From Obrimoposthia wandeli (taxonomy: Eukaryota): a stretch of 64,000 nucleotides of DNA. Under the pieces are notes generated by a model that saw only the letters and a list, made by a program, of their open reading frames with translations, did no database searches and was not told the DNA's origin. The position numbers and the translations under genes are program-made. Shown here in pieces: positions 10,288 through 20,499 of the stretch. The stretch lies in NCBI GenBank assembly GCA_977020255.1, contig CDROCS010000253.1:3906001-3970000 (forward strand), in the 5' to 3' direction. Positions within the stretch are counted from its first letter, which is position 1. Every line of letters starts with the position of its first letter.

Positions 10288-10364
10288 AGCACAAAAGTAG
10301 CTGTCCGTTGAGAAAAAAGGTATAATCTTGCCCCATATTCTACTGTCAACGTAAGTACTTTTTT

Positions 10365-10859
10365 ATGAAAGATTCTTGGTACCGTGAGCCTTGGGCTTGG
10401 TTAGTTTTTATTCTTCCTTTTACCGCTGTTGTAGCGGGTATTGCTACTTATATTATTGCTAATACTAACCCTGATACGTTAGTGGTTGGCGATTATTATA
10501 AAAAAGGAAAGTCCATTAACCTAGAAGTAGGTAAAGTAAAAACAGCCCAGAAGTTGGGGATGCGTTTTGCCCTTCAATTAAAGGATAATGAGTTAATAAT
10601 AAAACCAACGGGTATTGAAAAAGTTTTCCCCCTACTTAATGTCAGTTTTTTTCACCCTACTCTTGAAGAAAAAGATTTTTATTTAGCCTTAACACCAGAT
10701 GGTAATGGTTATTTCAGACACCACTTTGATCAAGAGATTAGTGGTAAATGGAAACTTACTTTGACCTCTTTTAAAGACAACTGGAAAATACAAGATACTA
10801 TTAGCTTGCCACAAAGTGAATTTATCGACTTGATCCCTAACCCGATAAAAGCCCAATAA
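10365..10859 (+). CDS. ccoH: FixH/CcoH cbb3 assembly protein
   Basis: WYREPWAWLV and LVVGDYYKKGK motifs; lies before ccoI. Confidence 0.85.
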   Translation: MKDSWYREPWAWLVFILPFTAVVAGIATYIIANTNPDTLVVGDYYKKGKSINLEVGKVKTAQKLGMRFALQLKDNELIIKPTGIEKVFPLLNVSFFHPTLEEKDFYLALTPDGNGYFRHHFDQEISGKWKLTLTSFKDNWKIQDTISLPQSEFIDLIPNPIKAQ

Positions 10860-10891
10860 GTGATACCGCTTAAATAAATTAGTACCATTCT

Positions 10892-10930
10892 AATCACTAT
10901 GGTGACATCCATAAATTTACCATAGTGATT
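10892..10930. repeat. Perfect 12-bp inverted repeat between ccoH and ccoI
   Basis: AATCACTATGGT-N15-ACCATAGTGATT with no U-tract. Confidence 0.7.
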
Positions 10931-10952
10931 CTAAACCCCTAAGAAAGTAGCC

Positions 10953-13469
10953 ATGACCAGCAAATGTTTTCATTGTAATGAAGCCGTTCCCCGTGGAATT
11001 AACCTGTCGGTTGAAATCAGCCAAATTCAACAACCTATGTGCTGTATTGGTTGCCAAGCGATAGCGCAGACTATCGTTGATAATGGTCTAACTCAATATT
11101 ATTCGGTAAGAACAGAGCCTGCTCATAAAGGTCAATCCCTCATACCCGAACAATTACAAAAAAATAAATTACTTGATGAAACGGTATTACAGAGCGAATT
11201 CATTTATCAAGACAATGATTGCAAAGAAGCCATACTGACTATTGATGGCATCAGTTGCGCAGCTTGTGCTTGGCTTATCGAAATGCAATTGGAGAAGCTG
11301 AAAGGTTTAATCAAAATAAACGTTAATGCGACTAGCCAAAGAGCAACGGTCAGATGGCAAGATGATGCGGTAAAACTCAGTGATATATTGCACGCGATTG
11401 AGCATATTGGTTATCAAGCACTGCCTTTTAAAGCCAACGAAGCAGAATTAAGAAATAAAAAGCAAAGCAAAGCCTTTATCAAACGTCTAGGTATCAGTGG
11501 CATCTTAATGATGCAAATCATGATGATAGCCTTTGGCCTTTACTTTGGTGCATTCTCTGAAATGGCTGAGCACAATAAAGTATACCTACGCTGGGTTAGT
11601 TTCATCTTAACAATCCCTATTATTTTTTATGGTGCCTTGCCCTTTTATACTGGCGCGATAAAAGCGATAAAAGCAAAGCGCTTATCCATGGATGTTCCCG
11701 TCTCTATTGCCATCCTTTTAGCTTTCAGTGCAAGTGCTTGGGCAACAATTAGCCAACAAGGTGAGGTTTATTTTGAGTCTGTTTCCATGTTCACCTTTTT
11801 ACTGCTTATTGGTAAGTTCTTAGAATTTAGAGCCCGATCACATGCAGCACAAGTCTCTGCCAACTTATTAAAATTAATGCCGATGACGGCAACTAAAGTC
11901 ATTGTGACTAGCGATAATATTGGCACAGAAGCACAAAGCGGTAATTTACAAGGTACTGACTCACAAACTCACGCAACCCAAGCTAAAGCAGCTCAAACTA
12001 AAGAAGTATTGGTTGCCGCTAAACAGCTCATCCTTGGTGATGTTGTTATTATTAAACCAGGTGAAGTGGTACCTGCTGATGGCGTCATTACTGCTGGGCT
12101 AAGCCAACTCAATGAAGCCATGCTCTCCGGCGAACAATTACCGATTAATAAAACAGTCAATGACAATGTCTTTGCGGGTACTATTAATGGCGACGGTAAT
12201 ATTACCGTGCAGGTAAAACAGGCAACAAACCAATCATTTTTAAGCCAACTTATTCGCTTAAGTGAACAAGCTCAAGCGCACAAACCTAAAATAGCAAAAT
12301 TATCAGATAAGATTGCCCAGTATTTTGTTGCCCTAATTTTATTAACCTCCATAGCTACGGCTATTTATTGGCACCAACATATGCCAGAAGAAGCTTTTTG
12401 GATCACCCTTTCTGTCCTTGTAGCGACCTGCCCTTGTGCACTTTCATTAGCAACACCCACCGCATTAACCTGTGCAACTACACATTTAAATAGAGCGGGC
12501 ATAATGATCAAAGGTGGTCATGTGATGGAAACCATGCCGAAAATCAACTGTTTTGCTTTTGACAAAACAGGCACCCTAACCACGGGCGAATTTACCATTA
12601 ACAGGGTTGAGTTAATCGATAACTCAAGCTACAACCAAGAGCAAGTACTGGCCATTGCCGCAGCGCTAGAAGCACATTCAGAACATCCTATTGCCAAACC
12701 CTTTGCCGAGCACAGAGATTACCGCTTAACTTCACAGCAAGTTAAAGTGCACTCTGGACAAGGTGTCACCGGTACCATTAATGCTATTGATTATGCTATT
12801 GGTAAGCACACTTGGTTAGAAGAAAGCACCTCCTTTGACAATATTCAAACACAGTCTGTTTACGTTAATGAAAAGGTTAATGTAAACGGTGCCAGCTGTA
12901 TTTTAATGGCGAATAACAAAATTATTGCCGCATTTTATCTTATTGATAAGATTCGTAATGAGGCTGTTGAAACGTTATCTCGCCTCAATAAACAGAATAA
13001 AACATTATTGTTATCCGGTGATAGTCAAATCGCATGTGACGTAATTACGCAAACACTACCCGTTAATACGGTATTGGGCGGGTTAAGTGCTGAAGATAAA
13101 ATGCAGCAAATTAAACAAGCGCAAGCACAAGGTTATAAAGTGGCGATGACAGGTGATGGCGTTAATGACTCGCCAGTATTTGGTGCCGCTCATATTTCCA
13201 TTGCCATGGGCTGTGGTGCAGATATCACTAAAAGTGGCGCAGATGTTATTTTACTCAATAATAAACTGAGCAGTATCAATATATTGATAAAAGTTTCTCA
13301 CAAAACTCGCCGAATAATTTTACAAAATTACTTATGGGCTTTTGGTTATAATGCTATTGTATTACCGTTAGCTGTGACAGGTTATATAACGCCTTATATG
13401 GCTGTTATTGGCATGTCAGCTAGCTCCATTTTAGTTATTACTAATTCATTACGTTTACTTAAAAAGTAA
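10953..13469 (+). CDS. ccoI: CcoI/FixI P1B-type copper ATPase
   Basis: N-terminal CFHC and CCIGC, CAAC metal-binding domain, CPC, DKTGT and GDGVND. Confidence 0.93.
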   Translation: MTSKCFHCNEAVPRGINLSVEISQIQQPMCCIGCQAIAQTIVDNGLTQYYSVRTEPAHKGQSLIPEQLQKNKLLDETVLQSEFIYQDNDCKEAILTIDGISCAACAWLIEMQLEKLKGLIKINVNATSQRATVRWQDDAVKLSDILHAIEHIGYQALPFKANEAELRNKKQSKAFIKRLGISGILMMQIMMIAFGLYFGAFSEMAEHNKVYLRWVSFILTIPIIFYGALPFYTGAIKAIKAKRLSMDVPVSIAILLAFSASAWATISQQGEVYFESVSMFTFLLLIGKFLEFRARSHAAQVSANLLKLMPMTATKVIVTSDNIGTEAQSGNLQGTDSQTHATQAKAAQTKEVLVAAKQLILGDVVIIKPGEVVPADGVITAGLSQLNEAMLSGEQLPINKTVNDNVFAGTINGDGNITVQVKQATNQSFLSQLIRLSEQAQAHKPKIAKLSDKIAQYFVALILLTSIATAIYWHQHMPEEAFWITLSVLVATCPCALSLATPTALTCATTHLNRAGIMIKGGHVMETMPKINCFAFDKTGTLTTGEFTINRVELIDNSSYNQEQVLAIAAALEAHSEHPIAKPFAEHRDYRLTSQQVKVHSGQGVTGTINAIDYAIGKHTWLEESTSFDNIQTQSVYVNEKVNVNGASCILMANNKIIAAFYLIDKIRNEAVETLSRLNKQNKTLLLSGDSQIACDVITQTLPVNTVLGGLSAEDKMQQIKQAQAQGYKVAMTGDGVNDSPVFGAAHISIAMGCGADITKSGADVILLNNKLSSINILIKVSHKTRRIILQNYLWAFGYNAIVLPLAVTGYITPYMAVIGMSASSILVITNSLRLLKK

Positions 13470-13524
13470 AGTGCTGCCCTAGAGATAAACTTAACACACG
13501 AATCCACTTAGTCATGAGTAAAAT

Positions 13525-13737
13525 ATGAGTATTATTTATATCCTAATTCCTATAGCCATATTATTAACGGCTTTGGGTATTTACCTATTTTTCTGGGCAG
13601 TTAAAACTGAGCAATTTGAAGACTTAGAAAAGCAAGGTATGAGTATTCTTTTTGATGATGAAAAACAGCATAAAACCACCAAAGATAAACAAAAAGAAGC
13701 AATAGAAGAGTCTAAGCAAAGCCCAGATAACCAATGA
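13525..13737 (+). CDS. ccoS: cbb3 maturation protein CcoS
   Basis: MSIIYILIP...WAVKTEQFEDLE motif. Confidence 0.92.
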   Translation: MSIIYILIPIAILLTALGIYLFFWAVKTEQFEDLEKQGMSILFDDEKQHKTTKDKQKEAIEESKQSPDNQ

Positions 13738-14483
13738 GCTTAGATGTATTTTCTGCCTTTATCATTGGCTTACTTGGCTCTGGCCATTGCTTAGCTATGT
13801 GTGGCGGCATTACCACTATGCTTACCTCGGCTATTGATAATCCGCCCAAGCAAGCAACAACTAAAACCAGTCTGCAAGGCGATATACCTGTCAATGTGAC
13901 CTCACAACAGTCAAGTTGCTCGCCCCAAGTCTCTCGTTTGAATCTCGTCTTTTTATATCATTTTGGTCGTATCGGCAGTTATTGCTTAATTGGCGCAATC
14001 GTCGGTTTCAGCGGCTCTATCGCAGCGAAGAATATAGGTTTACCCATTACTAGTTTGCGCTTAGTTGCCGCACTCTTTCTTATTTTATTGGGTTTATATA
14101 TAGGTCAGTGGCTTTTATGGTTAAATCGAATTGAATCTTTGGGCAAAGGTTTATGGCGTTATTTATCACCTATGGCTAAACATGTCATCCCCGTTGATAA
14201 TCACAAAAAAGCACTTGGTTTAGGTGCTTTGTGGGGTTGGTTACCCTGTGGCTTGGTATATTCGACTCTGACTTGGGCGCTTGCCAGTGGCAGTAGTTTA
14301 ACGGGTGCAACTATTATGTTTTTTTTCGGATTGGGTACTTTACCTGCCTTAATAGCATTATCCCTTGGAATCGACAGCATAAAAAAACTACTAGTCAATA
14401 AAGCCTTTCGAAAAATGATGGCTATTTCGCTTATTACCTACGGTATCTACAGTTTTGTTGTTGCATATCAAGTAATGTTCTAA
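13734..14483 (+). CDS. DsbD_2/TauE-like membrane protein of cbb3 clusters
   Basis: GSGHCLAMCGG, YHFGR and WGWLPCGLVY motifs. Confidence 0.85.
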   Translation: MSLDVFSAFIIGLLGSGHCLAMCGGITTMLTSAIDNPPKQATTKTSLQGDIPVNVTSQQSSCSPQVSRLNLVFLYHFGRIGSYCLIGAIVGFSGSIAAKNIGLPITSLRLVAALFLILLGLYIGQWLLWLNRIESLGKGLWRYLSPMAKHVIPVDNHKKALGLGALWGWLPCGLVYSTLTWALASGSSLTGATIMFFFGLGTLPALIALSLGIDSIKKLLVNKAFRKMMAISLITYGIYSFVVAYQVMF

Positions 14484-14537
14484 TAACATATACTTGTCTT
14501 AAAGTTAGCCTAAATAGCTACGTCACAGAGTAATATC

Positions 14538-15257
14538 ATGCAAAATAAAAGTTGTCCTACGATACAACATATCAGCTGTCAAAACTGTAGCATTAGTGAG
14601 CTATGTTTGCCTTTCTCTTTAAATGATAAAGAACTTGATTCTCTTGACGAAATTATTGACCGCAAACGGCCTATTCATAAAGGCGATAAAATTTTTCATG
14701 ATGGTCAAGAAATGCATGCCTTGTATGCCATTCGTTCTGGTACCTTTAAAACGTTTACCGTTAATGAGCAAGGCGAAGAACAAATTACTGGTTTTCATTT
14801 AGCCGGTGATTTACTTGGCTTTGATGCTATTGCTGAAAGCCAGCATCCTAGTTTTGCCCAAGCACTTGAAACGTCAATGGTATGTGAAATTCCTTATACC
14901 AATTTAGATGAATTATCTAATACTATGCCTAAGCTTAAAAAGCAGGTATTGCGATTAATGAGTCATGAAATTAAAACTGATCAAGAGATGCTGACGCTGC
15001 TTAATAGAAAAAATGCAGAGCAACGTGTTGCAACTTTCTTGGTGAGCTTGAGTGAACGATACCATGCACGTGGTTTATCCTCGACAGAGTTTCGCTTAAC
15101 CATGACCCGCAGTGATATCGGTAATTATATTGGCTTAACCGTTGAAACGATTAGCCGTTTATTAAATCGTTTCCATAAAAGTGGCTTAATTAAAGTCGAC
15201 GGTAAATTAATTTCGATTATTGATATCGACAAACTTTGCGATACTGCCGCGCTATAG
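14538..15257 (+). CDS. fnr: Fumarate/nitrate reduction regulator FNR (EtrA-like)
   Basis: [26 protein letters not shown] and LTVETISR, close to E. coli FNR. Confidence 0.96.
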   Translation: MQNKSCPTIQHISCQNCSISELCLPFSLNDKELDSLDEIIDRKRPIHKGDKIFHDGQEMHALYAIRSGTFKTFTVNEQGEEQITGFHLAGDLLGFDAIAESQHPSFAQALETSMVCEIPYTNLDELSNTMPKLKKQVLRLMSHEIKTDQEMLTLLNRKNAEQRVATFLVSLSERYHARGLSSTEFRLTMTRSDIGNYIGLTVETISRLLNRFHKSGLIKVDGKLISIIDIDKLCDTAAL

Positions 15258-15269
15258 TTCCTGCTACCT

Positions 15270-15318
15270 TTTTGTTATTGGTTTATTACCCCTAGAAAAT
15301 AATAAACCAATAACAAAA
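15270..15318. terminator. Perfect 19-bp AT-rich inverted repeat after fnr, possible terminator
   Basis: TTTTGTTATTGGTTTATTA-N11-TAATAAACCAATAACAAAA. Confidence 0.55.
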
Positions 15319-15323
15319 GAAAC

Positions 15324-15337
15324 TTGATTTAAAACAA
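15324..15337 (+). promoter_or_regulatory. FNR box upstream of uspE
   Basis: TTGAT-ttaa-AACAA (1 mismatch). TATAAA at 15359-15364 fits class II promoter spacing. Confidence 0.65.
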
Positions 15338-15374
15338 GCATTAATTTGTCAACTTTGCTATAAATAAACTAACT

Positions 15375-15596
15375 CATACCAATTCCAATAAGTTTCTTCC
15401 AACTCAGCGATAGTTAAAAGTCTTACAGGCAAGGCATTGATTGTAGAAAATGGTCATTCCCTTTTAAAATCGCCCTTTGGGAGGTTTCCAGCGATTCGAT
15501 AACTGCATAGAATTTCTTTCATATAGAGTAAAATTCTATTTGTTCTCAAGCCGCTGGTAAGCTCTGAGCGGGAACTAACTTAATGGACTTGGTATT
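15375..15596 (-). mobile_element. MITE type 3
   Basis: ~20-bp imperfect TIR (CATACCAATTCCAATAAGTT ... AACTTAATGGACTTGGTATT); carries the shared core in reverse orientation. Confidence 0.75.
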
Positions 15597-15621
15597 CTTA
15601 TTTAGTTTGCTAGAGGTTGCC

Positions 15622-16572
15622 ATGGACATGTATCAAAATATCCTTGTTGTGATAGATCCAACAACAGATGAACAAAAAGCACTTAAAAGAGCCATTGATC
15701 TCGCTTCGAGAATTAAGACTGCCGCTCCTGAGCAGACAATAAATATCACCGCTTTTTTTAGTATTTTTGACTTTTCTTATGAAATGACTACCATTTTATC
15801 CAGTGGCGAGCGTGATTCCATGCGCCAAATGGTTATTAAAGAAAAACAGCAATGGCTAGATGACCTCATTTCTTTAGCCAACAGCCCAATAGCTATTACC
15901 AGCAAAGTTGTTTGGCATAACCGTCCTTTTGAAGCCACTATCAACCAAGTCATTGAACATAAATATGATTTAGTGGTCAAAGGCACACACCAACATGATA
16001 AATTCAAATCGGTAGTCTTTACACCAACCGATTGGCATATTTTGAGAAAGTGTCCTTGTCCAGTATTACTTGTTAAAGAACATGAATGGCCTCAGCAAGG
16101 AAATATTTTAGCCGCACTTAATGTCGGTAGTGACGAAGCTGAACACCTTTCTTTAAATAATGCTATTACTAAGCAAGCTAAAAATATTGCTCAGTTAATA
16201 ACGGCTAATGTGCATTTAGTTAATTCTTACCCTGGTACTCCGGTAAATATCGCCATTGAAATCCCTGAGTTTGACGCCAGCGAATATAATAGTGCCATGC
16301 AAGCACATCATAAAGAAGCAATGAACAAACATGCTAATAGCTTTGATATCCCGTTAAGTAATACTTATGTTGAAGAAGGTTTACCAGAAGCAGTTATTGA
16401 ACAAGTTGCCTTAAAGATTGATGCTGAATTAGTTATTTTAGGTACCATTGGTCGTACTGGTATTTCCGCCGCGCTTATTGGTAATACTGCCGAACACGTC
16501 ATTGACCAATTAGATTGTGATGTATTAGCTTTAAAGCCTGATGGTTATATATCCCCACTTGATGTTGAGTAG
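15622..16572 (+). CDS. uspE: Universal stress protein E
   Basis: MDMYQNILVVIDP, tandem Usp domains and GNTAEHVID. Start moved to 15622 (AGAGG RBS) because the track start lies in the MITE TIR. Confidence 0.93.
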   Translation: MDMYQNILVVIDPTTDEQKALKRAIDLASRIKTAAPEQTINITAFFSIFDFSYEMTTILSSGERDSMRQMVIKEKQQWLDDLISLANSPIAITSKVVWHNRPFEATINQVIEHKYDLVVKGTHQHDKFKSVVFTPTDWHILRKCPCPVLLVKEHEWPQQGNILAALNVGSDEAEHLSLNNAITKQAKNIAQLITANVHLVNSYPGTPVNIAIEIPEFDASEYNSAMQAHHKEAMNKHANSFDIPLSNTYVEEGLPEAVIEQVALKIDAELVILGTIGRTGISAALIGNTAEHVIDQLDCDVLALKPDGYISPLDVE

Positions 16573-16599
16573 CAATTAGCTTTATTTACCTAACTAATA

Positions 16600-16637
16600 C
16601 CTAACCTCAACTCTGCTTATAAAAAGTTAAGGTTAGG
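16600..16637. terminator. Hairpin between convergent uspE and pxpC
   Basis: CCTAACCTCAACT ... AGTTAAGGTTAGG (1 mismatch). Confidence 0.45.
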
Positions 16638-17640
16638 CATAACTAGTGAGCTTGGTTTGTGTAAATCGTCTCAAATTAAGATGAAACATATTATCTGCTT
16701 GCGACATAGAAATAGGCTCAAAGCACACTTTGTCACCTTGACGTAACTGTGAAAGTTTAGCGCAGTCTTGCGAAATAACAGCGCCAATTTTTGGGTAACC
16801 ACCAATGGTTTGCCGGTCATTAAGTAAAACTATAGGCTGACCATCTGCCGGTATTTGCACTGCACCATAACAAATACCTTCTGATAAAATACCGCCAACA
16901 TCAGCCTTTATCGCACGACCCTGTAAACGATAGCCCATGCGATCCCAATGTTTACTAATTTGATATTCACTGGAAAAAAGCAATCTTTTTTCTATGTTTG
17001 AAAAATCTGCTTGCTGATAACTTAATACCGTATGTAATAAGACTTCATTCGCATATTGTGGTTGCTCGTGTTCAGCTAACATAAGTTGTTTTAGTTTATT
17101 GTCAGATTTAGACACGGCTTGGCAAGGTAATACATCATTATCGACCAGCTTATCGCCATTGATGCCGCCTACCGACTCACGACATACCGTCGCGGTACTG
17201 CCAAAACTTGGCTTTATATCAAAGCCTCCAGCCACCGCTAAATAACAACGAACGCCAAGCGGAGTAAATCCTAAACTAATAGTATCGCCAGCTTTAACCA
17301 GAAAACTTCGCCAAAGTGCTTTAGGTTGACCGTTAATGGTCAGTGGCATAGGTGCGCCAGTAACAGCAATAACACAATCCACTTGTGCCATTAGCTCCAA
17401 GCCACCTAAGCTAATTTCGATGGCTGTTGAATTTAACTCATTACCACATAACCTATTCGCCCAATAAAAAGCGAGCGAGTCAGCTGGGCCGCCATTAGTC
17501 AGTCCTAAATTAAAGGCGCCATAACGACCAGCATCTTGAATTAGACTTAATACGCCAGCATTGGTAACAACAAGTCCTAACTCTTGAGCACCCCCGACTT
17601 GATCACCTTCACTGGGCGCATCGCTCGTTAGTTTGCTCAT
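16633..17640 (-). CDS. pxpC: 5-oxoprolinase subunit C (biotin-dependent carboxyltransferase family)
   Basis: IQDAGRYG, DRMGYRL and DRQTIGGYPKIG. Start moved to the Met at 17640. Confidence 0.9.
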   Translation of the reverse strand: MSKLTSDAPSEGDQVGGAQELGLVVTNAGVLSLIQDAGRYGAFNLGLTNGGPADSLAFYWANRLCGNELNSTAIEISLGGLELMAQVDCVIAVTGAPMPLTINGQPKALWRSFLVKAGDTISLGFTPLGVRCYLAVAGGFDIKPSFGSTATVCRESVGGINGDKLVDNDVLPCQAVSKSDNKLKQLMLAEHEQPQYANEVLLHTVLSYQQADFSNIEKRLLFSSEYQISKHWDRMGYRLQGRAIKADVGGILSEGICYGAVQIPADGQPIVLLNDRQTIGGYPKIGAVISQDCAKLSQLRQGDKVCFEPISMSQADNMFHLNLRRFTQTKLTSYA

Positions 17641-17650
17641 ATAAATCCCC

Positions 17651-18403
17651 TTAACGTTCCATTTCGGTACAAGGTAATTTACCACCCAACTCAATAAATT
17701 CTGACTTATCGATGGCAAAAAACTTTACTCTATCGCCTACTTCAACTGGCATTGTTGGCTCTGCTTGCGCGTTAAACATATCAACAGGACATAGACCAAT
17801 GATATTCCAACCACCGGGAGATTGAGCGGGATAAACCGCAGTTTGTCTGTCAGCAATAGCAATAGCCCCTTTGGGCACTTTTAGTCTAGGCGTGGTTAAT
17901 CTCGCCATGGCAATACGTTCATCAACTTCACCTAAATAAGCAAAACCTGGGGCAAAACCTATGGCATACACGCGGTATTCTTGGGTTTGATGTAAGGTAA
18001 TAACTTGTTTAACAGTCAATTTCGCGTGTGTGGCAATACGCTGTAAATCAATTCCTGATTCAAGCGAATAATAAGCGGGTAACTCAATTAACCTACCCTG
18101 TTTGCTGTTTGCACTGCCGCATTCTTTCAAAACCACTTTTAGTTTATTACGCAACTGGTGGTGATCTATTTCAAGTAAATTAAATACCACTAAAATAGAG
18201 GCGTATGAAGGGATGAGATCAATAATTTCAACGGTAAAATTCTGACGAATAAGCTGAGCCGCTTGCTGAACATTACTGCTAATACTAGGCGTTATTTTAG
18301 CAGTCATCACTGACGATACTTGGCTACTATCATAAAAATAAAGCATCAAGGCATTCTCACCAGCAACGTCAAGGCGAATACCGTCGTTTATCCGCGTTGA
18401 CAT
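17651..18403 (-). CDS. pxpB: 5-oxoprolinase subunit B
   Basis: IGFAPGFAYLG, VPKGAIAIA and SPGGWNIIG. Confidence 0.9.
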   Translation of the reverse strand: MSTRINDGIRLDVAGENALMLYFYDSSQVSSVMTAKITPSISSNVQQAAQLIRQNFTVEIIDLIPSYASILVVFNLLEIDHHQLRNKLKVVLKECGSANSKQGRLIELPAYYSLESGIDLQRIATHAKLTVKQVITLHQTQEYRVYAIGFAPGFAYLGEVDERIAMARLTTPRLKVPKGAIAIADRQTAVYPAQSPGGWNIIGLCPVDMFNAQAEPTMPVEVGDRVKFFAIDKSEFIELGGKLPCTEMER

Positions 18404-19137
18404 TAACTCAGCAGCGCTTTAATTTCACCAATAGCCTGCACACCGGCGATATTATCACCGTGAACGCATAAACTATCGACGTTAAGCTTCAGCACTTTAC
18501 CTGAGATGGTGGTTACTGTGCCTTGTTCTGATAATTGTTTAACTTGGGTAAGCATGGCTTCTTTACTTAAAACAGCCCCTGCTTGGCTACGTGCTAATAA
18601 TCGGCCTTCATCGTCATAACAGCGGTCAGCAAATGCCTCACTATAAATAACGATGCCTAATTTATTCGCCTGTTTTTTATAATCATCACTATCTGCCGTT
18701 GCTTGTAACATCAACGCAAGTGTTTTGGGATATTGAGCAAGCGCAGTTAAAATAGCTTCAAACACTTTAGGCTCTTTCATCATGTCGTTATAGAGTGCGC
18801 CGTGGGGTTTTACATAATCTAGCGATAATCCTTGGGCACTTGCCATACCGTCAAGTGCTGCCACTTGATAATGTACAAGCGCGATTATTTCTTCTGATGA
18901 ACAAGCCATTGAACGACGGCCAAAGCCAACTAAATCGGGATAACTCGGATGTGCACCAACACTGACTTGAAATTGCTTGGCTAATGCCAGCGTTTTTTGC
19001 ATCACTAAAGGATCACCAGCATGAAAGCCACAAGCAATATTAGCTTGGTCAATATGAGGCATAACCTCATTATCGAGTCCCATGGTCCAAGCACCAAAAC
19101 TTTCACCTAAGTCACAGTTTAATTTAATTTTCATCAT
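18403..19137 (-). CDS. pxpA: 5-oxoprolinase subunit A (LamB/YcsF)
   Basis: LNCDLGESFG, NIACGFHAGDP, VKPHGALYN and CVHGD. Confidence 0.93.
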   Translation of the reverse strand: MMKIKLNCDLGESFGAWTMGLDNEVMPHIDQANIACGFHAGDPLVMQKTLALAKQFQVSVGAHPSYPDLVGFGRRSMACSSEEIIALVHYQVAALDGMASAQGLSLDYVKPHGALYNDMMKEPKVFEAILTALAQYPKTLALMLQATADSDDYKKQANKLGIVIYSEAFADRCYDDEGRLLARSQAGAVLSKEAMLTQVKQLSEQGTVTTISGKVLKLNVDSLCVHGDNIAGVQAIGEIKALLS

Positions 19138-19299
19138 CACTCGCAAATTTATCGTCCAATCAGTTGGCTAATCAACTATCTAAACAACATTTAATCAACT
19201 ACCTAATGCATTGTTATAACGATTATATCGTAATGAAACAAGTAAAAACCCGAAAAGTGGCTACACAAGTCCACTGAGCTTATTTAAATTGATGAGAAA

Positions 19300-20499
19300 T
19301 TAATTTATTTTAGCAATAACCTCAACTTTTTTATCATTAATGAATCTGACTTTCTCACCACTTTGTAAGCGCTCTCCGCCACGAACGACCACACTATCAT
19401 TTACCGATAAAGCGCCCGTTACTGAAACCCAACTCTTTACACCTTGTCCAACAAGCACAGAAACTTTTTGTGCTTGTTGGTCGGCATCGATAGTTAATAC
19501 ATAAGTTTCATTTTCTCGCAACATCAAAGCATCACGTGGCACTAAAATAGCTTCTCTTGGTGCTTGTTTAGGTAAAGAGACAGTCACAGCGGTACCTGCT
19601 AACATCGCTATGCCATCAGCAGCCAGCCTGACATCAAAAGTACGTGAAGCTTGATCGCCCGCTTGGCTCCATGTACGTACAGGTAGTTCAAGCAAGGTTT
19701 TATTCCATTTGACCATCACTTTACTGCCTCGTTGTAAAAATGGTGCGATTGAAATTGGCGCAGCAATTTTAATATCAAGATTCTTAGTATCAATGAGTTG
19801 CACTAACGGACGGCCAACAGAGATCAGTTCACCAACATGGGCAAAACGTTGGCTAATATTTCCTGTAAACGGTGCTCTAATCGTGGTTTTCTCTAAAGAA
19901 AGTAAGGTTTGCTCAACGGAGATATTCAACGCAGCAACTTCGTTAATCGCAATGGTTAAATCTTTATTAACCCGTTCAAATTCACTTAACGCTGAATTGT
20001 TTTTTTCGCGTAACTTTAGAAAACGTGCTTTTTGTCCAGTGAGATAATCCACATCGGCTTGATGTTGTTTCACTTCCGCTCTTTGACCTGCTAATTGCAA
20101 CTTCAAATGGCGATCATCAATTTGAGCTAGCAATTGGCCTTTTTTAACTTGGCTACCAACATCTTCAATCCACAACAACTGCCCAGTTTGCTCAGCAGAT
20201 ATTGGTGCATTTTTACGGCTGATAACATTGGCAGGCAACCAAATACTTGGTTTTACCTGTTCTTTTTTAACCGATTCGACACTGACTAAGTGCGCTGGCT
20301 TCTCTGGCGTTTCCGCCGCATTGGCTTTTTGGCAAAAATTAAGTAAAGCAATGACTGAGATAAACGTAAAAGTTATGAGTGCTGAACTATACAAATTAAC
20401 TGTACTCGACTTATTTATTGAAAGTGCCATTTTGGGTGGTACAACATTGGTTAGCATTAAATTATTCATGATGTGTTCCTTAATCTCTTGAGTTGTCAT
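19300..20499 (-). CDS. RND periplasmic adaptor (MFP)
   Basis: Lipoyl/alpha-hairpin/beta-barrel pattern (IRAPFTG; VVVRGGERL); TAATG-coupled to the RND gene. Confidence 0.88.
   Translation of the reverse strand: MTTQEIKEHIMNNLMLTNVVPPKMALSINKSSTVNLYSSALITFTFISVIALLNFCQKANAAETPEKPAHLVSVESVKKEQVKPSIWLPANVISRKNAPISAEQTGQLLWIEDVGSQVKKGQLLAQIDDRHLKLQLAGQRAEVKQHQADVDYLTGQKARFLKLREKNNSALSEFERVNKDLTIAINEVAALNISVEQTLLSLEKTTIRAPFTGNISQRFAHVGELISVGRPLVQLIDTKNLDIKIAAPISIAPFLQRGSKVMVKWNKTLLELPVRTWSQAGDQASRTFDVRLAADGIAMLAGTAVTVSLPKQAPREAILVPRDALMLRENETYVLTIDADQQAQKVSVLVGQGVKSWVSVTGALSVNDSVVVRGGERLQSGEKVRFINDKKVEVIAKIN

Noticed and set aside
9843-10364. Absence of ccoG/fixG between ccoP and ccoH
   Set aside because: As I recall, Vibrio and Shewanella cbb3 loci also lack ccoG at this position. 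The gap is explained by repeats and a terminator, and I saw no ccoG remnant.
15583-15621. N-terminal extension of UspE in the ORF track
   Set aside because: The ATG lies inside the MITE terminal repeat; the Met at 15622 has an RBS and matches the UspE start.
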